NCBI GenBank assembly: GCA_024137785.1
Contig: JAHRHZ010000084.1
Coordinates: 7,093,573-7,157,572, forward strand
Source of the DNA: Ginglymostoma cirratum
Taxonomy: Eukaryota
Length of the DNA: 64,000 nt
Reading direction: 5' to 3'
Shown: positions 36,401 through 50,069 of the stretch, one piece after another
Numbering within the stretch: the stretch's first letter is position 1
How the letters are laid out: each line of letters begins with the position of its first letter
Made by a program: the position numbers and the translations under genes
The notes under the pieces: generated by a model
What the model was told of the DNA's origin: nothing
What the model saw: the letters and a program-made list of their open reading frames with translations, nothing else
The model's database searches: none

Positions 36401-37168
36401 GATGATGTCTGAATAGGAATTTACAGGATTCTCTGGCACATATACACAGACATACATAATCTTATATAAGAGTACATAGACAGTCATGCACACATTCATA
36501 TATGAGTACAAGTGTACAAATATTCAAAAGGACACAGTTATAAATATCAACATAAGCGGACCAGACCAAATACAGTAAACTGATAGTTGATTTGAAGTCT
36601 CTCAGTTGTGAACTCTTACAACTTATCTACTAAAATAGATCACAAATTCTCGCTCGTTTTTATTTTCATTTAGCTAATCATTGTGCTTGGAGAGCAGAGC
36701 TTCATCACAGCTAATAGCATAAAGGAAACACTTGTGGTTAGACATTGCGTGCATTTCAGCATATGCTGGTTAACACCGCGCGCATGCTACATTGTTTGAC
36801 GTTCGGAAGAAACATAATTTAAGAAACGTATTTGTAATTTCGCGTCAGTCAACCAAACACTTCTACAATCACTCTGCAATGTCTATATTTAGCGATATCT
36901 CAGCGTGCTGATTCTGAAAAGCAAAATGCGAATGCATTGTCCTGATGTCAACTCGATCGTCGTTGTCATTCTGAGTTTGCCTTTAATTCAATACCCGCTG
37001 CTTCTGCTGTTGATGCTTCATTCTGGTCCGTTTAATTTGCAGGTCTTGTCAGTGGTGTGTCGCATTGCCTTACTCTTCCATTTACACCGCCATTTATAGG
37101 GTCAGAAGTCAGGTTCCAAGTCTACTTAAAGCAGAATGGAAATCAAACGTTATGAACTGCATATATGA

Positions 37169-37730
37169 CAAGATGGCGGCAGGGTAAGTTGCTCCAATTT
37201 GGAGCTCCACCCTGCTCGCCTGTTTCCTTTCCTTTTTCTCTTCTTCTCCCTCCTCTCTGCAGTAATTCTATCCTCCGCCCCTTTAACTACCTACCTAAGG
37301 AGTCGGGAAGGAGCTGAGTCGCGCGACCGGGAACAGCGTGGTGGGAGCTAATCGCGCGGGCCGTCTTCCTGTCGCGACGGCGGTTCGATCGTGGGCCGGT
37401 GAGGCAAAAGCAGTCGGTGATTGTAGTCGGACGCGAGAGTGGGCCGATAAGGCGGTAACAAACAGCGACGAGCGTGGGCCTTTCGCAAGACGGAATCGAC
37501 CTCTTTGGTGTGTGAGCGATTGGAGCGGCGCCTGCATCATTGTGGAGATGGGACTTGGGATTCAGACCGGGACGTTTTTTATTTCCTTTTGGCTCTGTTA
37601 AAATCCTTTAATTCTGTTTTTTTTTGTTACCAAACGGGCGCCTGCGAATGGCGAATTATGCACTTCTCTCTGTACTTATGTATTCCTATACTTAGTACAT
37701 GTGACAGATAAATAAATCTAAATATAAATC
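37169..37730 (+). mobile_element. CpG-rich non-autonomous retroelement-like insert (YY1 box at 5' end, L2-type 3' tail)
   Basis: Starts CAAGATGGCGGC; ends gtacatgtgacagataaataaatctaaatataaatc; CpG-dense core; absent from unit 1. Confidence 0.55.
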
Positions 37731-38374
37731 ACTTTGGAGAAAAGTAGATTATTTTTCCTCTGTGAGAACATCTGACAGAGAATCAGTCGTGTTTTTCTTT
37801 CGAGGCAATCGTTGCACGATTGACTACATCCAGAGAGCAAAGTCGTTCTTTATTATGTTACGTCAAGCCAGGAAACATCCGGAAAAAAATGGCAGTTATA
37901 TCCAGTTATAATGGAGAATAACATTATGGCTAAAAAAAATTCTCAGTGACATGAATTGTCGAACATTTTTGGATTGCACATTCCAAAGGAATGCTCCTGT
38001 TATGGTAGAAAATAGCATAATACAATTCACCCATTGATTTTCTGCGGAGTATTTTGCGGCCACTTGAGCTACCATGGTGCTTTATAGGCAACGTGACCTG
38101 TTTGACATGTCGACATTTGCCATGTTGTCACTGTCATGTTGGAAACATGGTACTCACACTGCACATAAAAAATGTAGCCTCACAATGACATACTGCAGTG
38201 AAGTTGGTTGAGGGATAATTATTAGCTAGGACACAACCAATACACTAAGTGCTTGTACTAACCATCTTTTATCCACCGATTTTTGAATTTCGTAGGAGTG
38301 TATCCACATAGTATATCATCTATAAGTACATCAGAATCTGACTACAAAGTGACACACAAGCAACATGACACGGT

Positions 38375-38860
38375 TAACAAAGTGTAGAGCTGGAGGAATA
38401 CAGCAGGCCAGGCAGCATAAAAAAAAGAGGAAAGCTGACGTTTCGGGGTGGGAAAAATCCTAATCTGGCCCCGACCGCCACAACCTCAACAGAAATAACA
38501 TCCATAGCCTCCAAAAACGGTTTTCTTTACGAATCCTCAAACACACACTCTCAACAATGCGCCAATATCTTCTGGCACTGCATTATCCCAGCTCAGAGCC
38601 TCCCTGTCCCAGACCCGCAAAGGATCCCTTCTGTTCTTCATTCTATGCAGCCTTAAAGAACACTCCTACTCCACCCTGTCTGACATTAAAAAAACATAAG
38701 TACACTAACCTTACATGTGCCTACCACCGAACACAGACCACACCCACCTCCCAATTCTTCCTCCCCATTTCTGAAGCAGAGTCCCGACCCGAAACTGTTG
38801 TGTTCCTCCAGCTCCTCACTTTGTTATCTCTGACTCTAGCATCTACAGTTCTTGCTATCT
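38375..38860. mobile_element. Penelope-like fragment, paralog of 2960-3497
   Basis: Same 5' junction catgacacggttaacaaagtgt and same internal sequence. Confidence 0.75.
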
Positions 38861-39624
38861 CAGTGATTAATGACCCCACTGTGAACCCTCTTTCCAGCAT
38901 GCCCCCTTGAAAAAGTTGTCCTCCTTCATCCGGAAAGACCTCAGTGAATCTCTCTCCCACTGCAACCCTCTGGTAATCTCTTTGGCCTTGAAAATCCTTG
39001 ACCATATACTCAAACAAATCTGGCTCCGGATTTACATTGGCAGATGGGGGCAATGGAGAGAAAAAAGTCACAGCTTAATATTATGACAATGCGACTACCC
39101 CTTCATAATAATGTGTTTCGTGTGCATTGAGTTCTGTAAGAGTCCTCGGGAAATGCAAAATTCCCATCAATTTCACATATCTCAGCTCTATCATCTATAT
39201 CACCAAGGTGACATAAGTATATTTTATTATTGTATACGGCGTCATTAACTAACTTTTGAAATATCTCTGTTTGTGCCAGAGGCAAAAGAGAAAACAGAAT
39301 TGTTCATTGCAAAATCTTTTTACCAATAGTAGATTAAAGAAATGACTTGCATGCAGATGAGGCACTATCCAAAGAATTGACAACCATGAAGTACTTTCAA
39401 CGTTTTGACAACTGTTGTAATGCAAAGAAACATGAAAGACTGTTGCAACCTAATGAATGATATGCCCAGCACTTAGGTAGTCTGGAAATACCATCTCTGA
39501 ATTAAATTGTTCAGAACACCAGAAGGCTCCTTGTGGCATGTGAACAATACCTATTACATGAACGTATGAAAGGTATCATTCAGAGAAAAATACGCTTGTA
39601 AACATGAAACTTTTTTCATTAACA

Positions 39625-41795
39625 TATAGGAAGTGGGATTTGGGCGTTGCTGGCTGGCTAGCATTTATTTCCCATTCCAAGCTGCTCTTGAGGAGGCGGT
39701 GATGAACTGCTTTCTTGAACTGCTGCAATCCAAGTGAAAGGGTGATCTGCCACATCCTTCAGAAGGGAACTCTAAGATTTTGACCCAGTGACAGTGAAGG
39801 ATTGGCGATACATTTCCAAGTCAGAATGACTAGTGGCTTGGAGGGTAACTTGCACGTGTTCCCACGTATCTGCTTACCATATATTTGAAGTGGTCATTGC
39901 TGGCCTTTGTGTGGTACGGATGTTACCTGCCATTTGTCAGCCCAAGACTGAAGATTGTCCAGATCTTGTTGCATTTGAACGTGGACTGCTTCAGTAGCCG
40001 AAGAGTCATAAATGTTGCTGAAGTTTTTGCAAGCATTGCCGAATATCCCCACTTCAGACCTTATGATGGAAGGAAAGTCTTTGATGAAACAACCAAAGAT
40101 GGTTGGATTTGGACACTATCCTGAAGAACTCCTGCACGGATGTTCTGGAGCTGAGATAACTGTCTTCCAACAACCACAACCATCTGTGCCAGGTATGTCC
40201 CTGGTATATATTGATTCCAGTTTTGCACGGACTCTTTAATGCCACATTCAGTCCAATGTGGCCTTGATGTCAAGGGCTGTCACTCACACCTCACTTCATG
40301 AATACAGATCTTTTTTTCCATGTTTGAACCAAAGCTGTAATGAGGTCAGGAGCTGAGTGGCCCTGGCAGAATCCAACTGGATGTCAGTCAGCAAACTATT
40401 ATGAGCAGTTGATACTAGTTAGCAATGTTGACGACAACTTCCATCACTGTAATTATGATTGACAGGCGAATAATGGGGCAGATATTGGCTGGTTGGATTT
40501 GATTTGCTTTTTGAGCACAAGGCATACCTGGGCAATTTTCCACAATGTCAGGTTGATGTCAGCATTATAGCTGCACTGGAAGACCTTGGTTAGGGGAGGA
40601 GCAAGTTGTGGAGCACGAATCTTCCCTAATATACCTGGAATGTTGTCTGGGCTCATAGACGTTGCGGTATCCAGTGACTCCAACAATTATCTTGATATCG
40701 CGTGGGGTGGATCAATTTGGCTGAGGACTGGTGTTTGTGATATTGGGGACCATAGCAGGAGACTGAGATGGATCATCCACTCAGCACTTCTAGCTGAAGT
40801 TTACTCTGAATGCTTCAGTCTGATCTTTTTCACTAGTGTGTTGGGCATTTCCAATATTAAGTATGGAGATACTTGTGAAGCCTCCTCCTCCTCCAGTAAA
40901 TTGCGTAATTGTCCACCACCATTCATGCCTGGATGTGAGAGGACAGCAGAGATTAGATGTGGTCCATTGGTTGTGGGATCGCTTAGCCCTGTCTATCACT
41001 TGCTGCTCATGCAATTTGGCAAACAAGTCGGCCTGTTTGGTGGCTTCACCAGGTTGATGCCTCAGTTTTGTATATGTCTGGTGTTGCGTCACTGAACCAG
41101 TATCATTCCCCTGGCTTGATGTTAATAAGGGATTGGAGTGAATTGCCATGATGCTGCAGATTGTGCTGCAGTACAATTCTGCTGCTGTTGATGCCGCACA
41201 GCACATCATGGATTCCCAGCCACAAATTTGCAGGATCTGTTTTAAGCCTGTCCCATTTAGCACAGCGATAATGCCACACAACGCAATGTGCGGGTATTTT
41301 CAATATGTGGACGGGACAATGTCTCCAAAAGACTGTGCAGTGGTCACTCCTACCAGTACTGTCATGGGCAGATACATCTGCTGCCGGCAAACTGGTAAGG
41401 ATGAGGTCAAGTATATATTTCCCCCTCTTGTTGGTTTCCTCATCATCTGCCTCAACTCTCTTCAAGCAGTTATGTCCTTTTGGACCTGACCAGCACAATT
41501 AGTAATTCTACTGCAGAACCACTCTTGGTCTTCAACATTGAAATCCACCACCCAGAGTACAGTTTGTGCCCTTGCTACCTTCAGTGTTTCCTCCATGTAC
41601 TGTTCAACATGGGGGAGTACGGACTCATCAGTCCAGGGAGGATGGTATGTGGTAATCAGCAGGAGGTCCTTTCCCGCGTTTAACCTGAAGTGGTCCTATT
41701 TCTGGGGTCTGAAGTCAATGTTGAGGATTCCCAGGGCAATTCTATCCCGGTTGCATACCACAGTGCTGCAAAATCTGCTGGGTGTGTCCTGCAAA
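39625..41795 (-). mobile_element. Degenerate CR1/L2-group LINE, paralog of 4330-6610
   Basis: SPDNIPGILGKIRAPQLAPPLTKVF; LDLILTSLP..STGRSDHCTV. Confidence 0.85.
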
Positions 41796-44700
41796 AATAT
41801 TTTTCAACTTTAGTCGCTATTGTCATAAACTGTTAACTACTTGTGCATGATAGAGATCTACAATTAATATAGATAATTTCCAGGTTTTTTTTAGCGGTAT
41901 TGGCCAAGAGATAATCATGAGTTCAGAAACCGAGAGAACCTTCCTCCTATTTCTCCAAGTGATGGATGAGATTTTTTAACCATTATGTACTTAGTACAAT
42001 ACTTTGTACAAAGCAGGCGCTGTTTTACATTTATTATCATTTCATCTTGAGATCTTCAGTTTAGGAATCACTATTAAACTCTAGAAAGCAATGTCGAACA
42101 TTTTATTCGGGACTCGATAATTCTAAGAAACACAACTGATGTGAGTGTTCTAATATTTGTAACATTTGTAAGCATGATTCCCAGCTATCAGTAGCTATCA
42201 TTTCAATTCTCTATTTGACTTTCATAGTGACCTGTTGGTGCGGTGTGTCGCTGTGTTCCAGTAAAGCTCATTGATAGCTACAGGAACTGCACCTTGTTGT
42301 CCTATTTGGGACTTTATATTCTTCCAGACTTAACATGGTGTTTAACAATTCTCGAAAACAATTTTGCATTTTGTTAGTCATATTACAGCAGCATACCTGC
42401 TCAAGGGCACATATTCTGTTTCATTGTTTCTTTTCGCACATTACCATTCTCTTTGGCTCTGTACGATTCACTCTCCAAACTTTCCGTCTCTTCTGTGTTC
42501 CCACTGTCATAGGCCTCCTTTTTCGTGATTTTCCACTTTCTGTCTCAAAGTGTTGTACTTTTGAAATTTATGAAGTTTTAATGAGATTGCAGTCCTTGGA
42601 AAGTTACTCGGATTCTTCTTCCACCTGTGCTGCCTGATCTGCTGAGCGTTTGCAGCTCTGACACATTGCATGCTGCAGGGAAATGCCACTCGATTGACAA
42701 GTGCAAGACGTAAGATTCCAGATCTGTTATGACTTCATTAAATGGAGGAAAAACTGGGACTGTTAAACAGAGTAGTCTTGTTCCTGTGTGACGAAGCATA
42801 ATCAAATCTCCAGTCATTAACCCGCAACGTGGCTCATACAAAAATCAACAGATACTGAAAAATCATGAATGCAGTCAAAATATTTAATATTTAATGTCAT
42901 GTCTTCATATTCGAGATTTCCATTTCACCAATCTAAATGTACCTTTGTATGAGATGTTATTGACATCTGACCTGTCATTGCGCCCTTTGCTACTGTAGTA
43001 ACAATTACCTGTTGGAAATTCTCGTGCGGCTTTGTACTTCCAACTTGTAAATTTCTGCGGGAAGCACCACAAATACTAGAGACACAAATTTGCGCCGATG
43101 CGTAGCGATTCATCTCTGCTCCATTGGTAATTATCTTTTGTTCCTTTAGAAGTTCCTTACTGTAACTCGGCGCAGGGATAACTGCCATTCTTAGATGTCA
43201 AGAAAACTCGATAATTACTGGAATATAATGAGGGGAATTAATTGATGTGACCAATCATTCTTCAACAACAAATTGCGAGCCGAAATTCGCTGCTTTGGAT
43301 CAAGCCGAAGCCAAGAGAAATTTCACATGTCAATGATAATATTAAAGCTCTCACAGGTATATAGTTAGTGTGTATAATGTACCATTTATTCGAATAACAT
43401 CCAGAACTCTGTCCTGAATTAACATGTTAGGTCACCTTGGGTTTCCGAGCAGAACCTGTCACCTCAGGGGTTCTCGTGCTGTAGTGATAGTTTCCCCACT
43501 TCTGAGCCAAAAGATTCAAGTCACGCAGGCTCTCGTAGCGTATAATAACATCTCTAAACAGGTTGGTTCGATTTTAGCAAGACCTACCACCTTCCCGCCT
43601 CCACATTCACATGAATAACGAGGATTCCCTGATGTGGAATTAGGAATGGACAGAAATCTAGCCTTGCCCCTAATATTAATCATGTTATTTTAAAAATGCA
43701 AGCAGAGAAAATTTCTCACGTTTTCGCGACTACCAAAAGAGAGATGTGCTTGAAAGTATATGTCTAAGATGTGTTTACAATATTTTGAAAGTGGGAGAAA
43801 AGTGGGACATAAAAGCTAAGGCAAGTAAGTCATATTAAACTAGTCTCAGAGTTGAGGCGTATGCTCAACCATGACGGCCGTCAAGGCCTTAAAGCGGATA
43901 TTTATTGGAATGTTATTAAGGCTGAGAACTTCAGTGATGTGGGGAAAGTGGTGTTATTCCTCTTGATAGATAGGTTAGCGGCATTCAAGATTAGGAAACG
44001 TTTCGATGGCATAAACTAACATAAAGGTTTTGATGGCATAAACTAATTAGGATAATACGTATTCTGTCAGACAATCCGGTAACGAGGGGACAGATTGTTT
44101 GAAGACCCAGAGGGTTTTGAATTTCATAGTGGCAATTAGTTCCAGCCTACCTCTTCCTGCTGAGGACCAAATGTTCGTGCAGATCCGCTGATGACGGTTA
44201 CCACCGGCATTCTTGAATGATATTCGTCTACTTATTCAGGTCAAATAATTCTATTCAGCAAACTGCCACTTGCAACAAGCTGAAAATTTACAAAACATGG
44301 TCTTACTTGCGCAAAAGTTCCAATGCTCATTGAACGTTGTCCAAGCTTGTTTCTTCTCGCCGTTCCATCTCCAGGTATCACCAAACGCAATGTTCTGATT
44401 TTGTTTTGTTTTTGTTTTTTTGCTTTGAGTGGACTAATACCTCCAAGTATAACAATTTGGAAATAACTTTTTTTTATTGTTCAGCTAAAATGAAGCTCAA
44501 ACAGTCCTCATCAGCTCTGAAATACTAAAATTGAGATGAATATAATTATCAATTCAATGGTTCCTGCTAGAAACTGTGGCGATCAGAGGATATTAAAATG
44601 ATGGTGGCATGAAGCTCAGAGGTCCCAGGATAAATAATTGCTTACGTGAAGAGGAATCGCTTCGATGAAGGAGCTGGAGTACTGCCGCCTGAAACGGTAC

Positions 44701-45021
44701 TAAACTACCGATGAAAGGTGAGTGTTGACAAAGGAGGTTTTTGGAACACCGTGTCCCTGTGGTGACTGAAAACAAAACAACGTTGTTGCTCTACTGGTGG
44801 AAATGTTTCAGCAATAAGTTAGGAGGGGACCTCCAACGTAACAAACTCCCACAAAGAGGTACAACCATATCCAAACGCCGCATTTGTCATGCGATAATTA
44901 ATGCCACGGTCTCGCGTTTAGCATATTTATCTGAGATCCAGTTGTCCCACCCGACCCAAAACCACTCAGAATACTGACCTCGTTTACAGCAAGGAGCCAA
45001 CTTTCTTTTCTCGTTTGCAAT

Positions 45022-45076
45022 ATGTCGTCGAGAGCAGCGGTTCTGTTCATGGCTCTTCTGCTTATGCCTTGGCCAG
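45022..45076 (+). CDS. Copy 2 leader exon, MSSRAAVLFMALLLMPWP
   Basis: 55 nt, CCAG|gtact donor. Confidence 0.8.
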
Positions 45077-45287
45077 GTACTCTTAAATGTTCCTAAATGC
45101 CCTCTTAGACTAAATTAGACTGTATTTCATGTTTACAGCTACTATGCGTTACAAAGTTAGATGCCCTGCCTCTCCAATCCGATGCGCGTAATTGTTCTTA
45201 CATGTTTCTTTTTCTTTCCTCTGTTGTTTTTCCTACCCGGGTGTCGACAACTGTTATTACTTTTTTGACTTGTTTTTCTTTTAATAG

Positions 45288-45593
45288 TCACTAAAGTAAT
45301 TTCGAGAAAAGTAGATCAGTTTCCCAAACGATTAAAGGCGGCCAGAGGTGACAATGTTTCCATATTCTGCACATTTCCCATATTTGAAGATGTTCCCGAA
45401 GTACTTTGGTGGAGACGCAATGAGGAACATTTTCTGGAATCCGACAACAGAAAGCGATTTCATGTCCAGAAAGGAAGGGCCTCACTTCATATCATCAATA
45501 TCACTGTTGCAGATTCCGGAATGTATAATTGTAAAATAAAACATCAGCAAACTATCATTGGAGCTGGAAGTGGCTCGTTGCTGACAGTGTGCG
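45288..45593 (+). CDS. Copy 2 V exon (open frame; DSGMYNC, GAGSGSLLTVC)
   Basis: 306 nt, intact splice sites, no stop; missed by the ORF track. Confidence 0.9.
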
Positions 45594-45887
45594 GTAAGTG
45601 ATACTGTACAAGGGCAGACAACTCTTCAGCTGTTTCGTGTGATTTATGTGGCCTGCGATTTTATGATTCGAGCAAAATCTAGTGATAGAGTATTCGCTTC
45701 ACACCGTCAGGGGCATCTCTCCCCATTGATTTCGTTGTACAACGGGCATTGATTCGCTTTCCCTCGCTTTGCGGCATTTCTCAAGATCAATTCCACCACT
45801 CATTGTCATCATGACATTGCACTTTGAGGTTAATCTAATGACTGCAGAAACGGTTGTCAATGGGTCAACATAGTGAAACAGCATAAC

Positions 45888-45981
45888 AAGGTGTTGAGCT
45901 GGATGAACACAGCAGGCCAAGCAGCATTGTAGGAGCAGAAAGGCTGAAGTTTCGGGCCTAGACCCTTCATCAGAGAATGAT
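45888..45981 (-). mobile_element. Copy-2-specific Penelope-like terminal insertion with hammerhead-like core (45946-45973)
   Basis: 15-bp TSD gtgaaacagcataac at 45873-45887 and 45982-45996; empty site at 9419-9433; CTGATGA-AGGGTCTAGGCCC-GAAAC-TTC. Confidence 0.85.
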
Positions 45982-47164
45982 GTGAAACAGCATAACCGTC
46001 TGAATTCTGGGGTGAAATTAATTTTTGGAATAAGAATAAGAAATTTGGATGCTAGAAATCTGTAACAAAAGTAGATATTGCTGGAGAAACTCAGAAGGAC
46101 TGGCAGCATCTCTGCTAACGTTTAAAGTCCAGTGATCTTCTTCAGAACGGTTCTCAAGAAACGTCACTGGACTCAAAATTTTAACTGTCTTTTCCCTTCA
46201 CAGACAGCCTCAAAATAAGGGGGAACAGCTCTATTGAAGGAGTCGTGAATCTGTGGAATTCCCTGCCCAGCGAAGCAGTTAAGGCCACACCCTTGAATGT
46301 GTTAAGGCACAGATAGGTCGATTTTTGAACAGGAATTAAGGGTTATGGTGAGTGGGTGCTAAGTAGAGCTGAGTCCGCGAAAAGGTCAGCCATGATGTTC
46401 TTCAATGGTGTAGGAGGCTCAACGGGCCAGATGACCTATTCCTGCTCCTACCTCTGTTGCTGCTACGTTCTGATGCTGCCAGACCTGCAGAGTTTCTCCA
46501 GTAATTTCTATTTTTGTGTCATGTGGTAAAATGCTCGATTTACCTCTTACCAAAATAACAGTGCTAAAATGCGACAGTGGAAACAATGTTGATGCAAAAA
46601 CAAAATGCTGCCGAAATTGGAACTTTGGAACACGAATATAATTTACTTAGGACGTGTGTGAACATCTACAGAGGTAGCACGGCCATAGGAATTAGAAACA
46701 AGAGTAGGCCATTCGTCCCTCAACTCTACTCAGCCATTCAATAAAATTATGGCTGATCTGATTGCGGTCCAACGGCACTTTCCTATTCACCTCGGTACTC
46801 TTGGACTTCCATGTAAATCAAAAACAGTTAACGTTTCAGGTCATAATCTTTCATAGGCGCATGTATAACACCTTAGACATCATTTTTTGTAGAAGATTAT
46901 AAAGACCACCTAATAGGCACCTACAAATGCATTGATTGTAAATTCAGGTGAATGATAGCATGCCACAGCCACTATCATTCAACAAACACAAGGTAACTTT
47001 TCGACCGGCAAGTTACCAATCGAAGCATTCTGTACCAAATTGTTCAAACGTTGAGATGGATAGCAAGGAAAATTATTCCTGGGGACCAAAGGAATAGATC
47101 AAAACCGGACAAACGGAGTTGATATACAGTAGAACTGTAACCCAATTGAATGGCAGAGTAAGTT

Positions 47165-47370
47165 CATAGAATCATAGAATCCCTACAGGGTGGAAACAGG
47201 CCCCTCATCCCATCAAGTTCGCAGCTCTCCTCAGAGCATCCCACACAGACCCATCCCTCATAACCCATCTAATCTACACATCCCTGAACACCATAGGCAA
47301 TTTAGCATGGCCAATCCATCTAACGTGCTGTGAGGCAGCAGTGCTAACCACTGTGCCGCCGTACCGCCCC
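47165..47370 (-). mobile_element. Copy-2-specific internally deleted HE1-type SINE
   Basis: Minus strand ggggcggtacggcggcacagtggttagcactgctgcctcacagc head and ttctatga tail repeats; absent near 10588. Confidence 0.8.
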
Positions 47371-48550
47371 AGTTTGTGCTGGTGTGGATTCGATGGGTCA
47401 AATGTCCTATTTCAACAATGGAGCGATTGTAGGATTCTATTACTGAGAGAAATTCAAAGGCAGAATTGCTAAGCGTTTTGACTGCGTATTTTCCAATACT
47501 AACATTCTCGAAACTCCATTTCTTAAACAAATGAATCGTACGATCCAGTGAGACGACAAGCGTTGATCTTGCTCTAAACGCTGGATTCTATACCCCGTCC
47601 AGAAGCTTACAGGACAATGAAGTAGCTTATTTCCTCTGTGACTCGCCAACTGTACTTTCTGTGAGGCACGCACGACAGGCATCCTGAATGAAGGACGGCA
47701 CCAAACATATCTAAAAACCTCTGCACTCCTGTGTTTGTAATGTATTATTTCGATGCAATGGTACTCATGGCAGGAGACCGAGATAATACGCATATTTTTG
47801 TTCTCCGTGAGAGTTCTGTGAAATCTAAAGCAGATCTGTGGGGAAATGAAAGAGTTCTCAGCCTTTGCAGGTAATAAAAGCCTGCATAAATTTGGAAATG
47901 AATGAAATATCTACATTAGTGACTCCCTCGTATTAAAATTAAAAAAAAACATAAACATGCAGAGAACAGATGTTAAGAATATTGATTGTAATAAACAACA
48001 GAACAATGCAAACATTGTTTGTAACATTATATCCAGCTGAAAACTGATTGTACATCGAGAGGCCACACATTCGCTTTGGTAAATGGTTAATGCAGAATTG
48101 ATATTTCAAGGGTGTGGAGGAGGAGGCGGTTTCAGGTGAACACGGGAATACGAATCGATTCTTGGATCAGGCACAAACGTTCGAATAGCCTTCTGATTGG
48201 AGCGTACGACTTCAGATCCTAATTGCATGTTTCCTCCAGATAGGATCTCCTTCAGGAAAAAAAAATAACATGCGTAACAATACACATTCAGAAGGGCAAG
48301 ACCCTCGGGATTATGTTAAGGCCACACTCTATAAAAGATTTTCCGTCCGGGTTCATTTTCGCTGTGCATTGTTCGAAAAGCGTTCTAACATTGCGCCGTG
48401 TATTTTTAAGAATATATGCAAAGACCAAGGTTAAAGTTCGATAACAAAGAAAGCTATTGTTGCTTTAGGAATAATGTGGGATGGGGTTACGGTGTGGAGG
48501 GGAGGAAACAAAAGAGAATGTAATTTTTTATGTTTTACGTTATGTTATAG

Positions 48551-48847
48551 TTCCACCAACCCACCTGACAATCGTCCCCGTAGATGGAATTTCGGGAAAT
48601 TACTTGAAATTCGAGTGTAAAACGTCTGCCTTTTATCCGGAAGATTTAGGCATCACCTGGCTAAGAGATGGTGTCAAAATTCAGACTGGAATAGAGACTG
48701 TGAAAAACAAGACCGTGGACGGGCTGTATGAGATTACTAGTTCATTGGAAGAAGCACAGCCTGGGCGAAGCGGTGTAATTTATACCTGCCTGGTATGACA
48801 TGTTTGTCTGAAGGTGCCCGCTAGCTTCAGCCACACCTATAATCGAG
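48551..48847 (+). pseudogene. Copy 2 C1 exon with premature stop (YTCLV*H)
   Basis: 297 nt, intact splice sites, TGA at 48796-48798 replaces Ser. Confidence 0.9.
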
Positions 48848-50069
48848 GTAAGGTTCAAAATGTTCCCATTTGGGAATTAGGGTTTCTTATGGGGCCTGAG
48901 TGGGAGTGGTGGACCTTAAATGTGTATTTTTATGGCAGTGAACTAGCCCTGACTCGAGGATATCTCGTAAATGTACCGGTGTTTATTCTCAATGCAATTT
49001 GTACAAGCTGTGCGTGAACATTGTTTACCCTGTTCAGCTAATCTCTGCCAACACCGTCTTCAGTTGCCTGTACACTAAAATTGGAAAATTCTGGCCTCTT
49101 AATGTCCCGCTACGTATTTCTATGTTTAAGACACTTCTTCATCCTTATTTCTCTCTGTTCTAAGACTACTTTATGTTTGACTGATAAGGCTCTGTGAAGT
49201 GTCTTAGAATTATTTTTAGCATGGTTGAAGGTGCAGCATAATTGCAAGTTGCTGTTATATATACAAAAATTTGCGGGCGGTGTTGTCTGAGAAGGCTGGA
49301 AAAGGGTGTCATAAAGCATACAAAATCCTTTCAGGTCTTGAAAGGGTAAATGAGGGAAGGATATTTCCCGTGGCTGATGGTCGAGAATCAGAAAACACAG
49401 TTTCAAAGTAAGGAGCAGGTCATTTAAGACTGAAGTGAAGAGGAATTTCTTCAACCAGAAACTTGGGAATTCTTCACCACCCTACCATTCTCCCCACCCC
49501 GACACTCCAGAAAAGTTCGGTCACTATGAGTATGAAATATCGAGATCGACACAGTTCCATACGCCAGATGATACGTAATTATCGCGAGAAAATAGCGCTG
49601 AGGAAGTTCAAGTATACTATACTGGAATGGTGGCGCGTGCCCGAAGATTCCAACGTCTAGCCCGTTCCTGTTGTAATGCTCCTTTGTAACTGAGGTTAGG
49701 AAGTAAAAACATTGCCAGATCTTCCAATTGTTGTGCATCTGTCTGGTTTCAGACAATAAGTAATTAAATGCAAATTCCTTTACACATAGCAAACAACCCT
49801 CCGGTGCAGTGAGAAAATTCCCGCGCATCTAAGTCATGAAATGCGTTTTTCTTCATAAAATGCATTGCTGAGCTGCAATTGATGTCCACCGATGCACATT
49901 AAGGCTCTTATATAGCTATTCGCACCGAAATTAAAACGCTCCATCTTGGCTAACAGTGGGGTTATCCAGGGACACATCTTCGCAATTTATCATCCTGCGC
50001 ATGATGCTTTGCGCATGTAACTCGCTCTGTTCCACAATTGTTCACATGCATCAACTGTTGATCCTGTAG

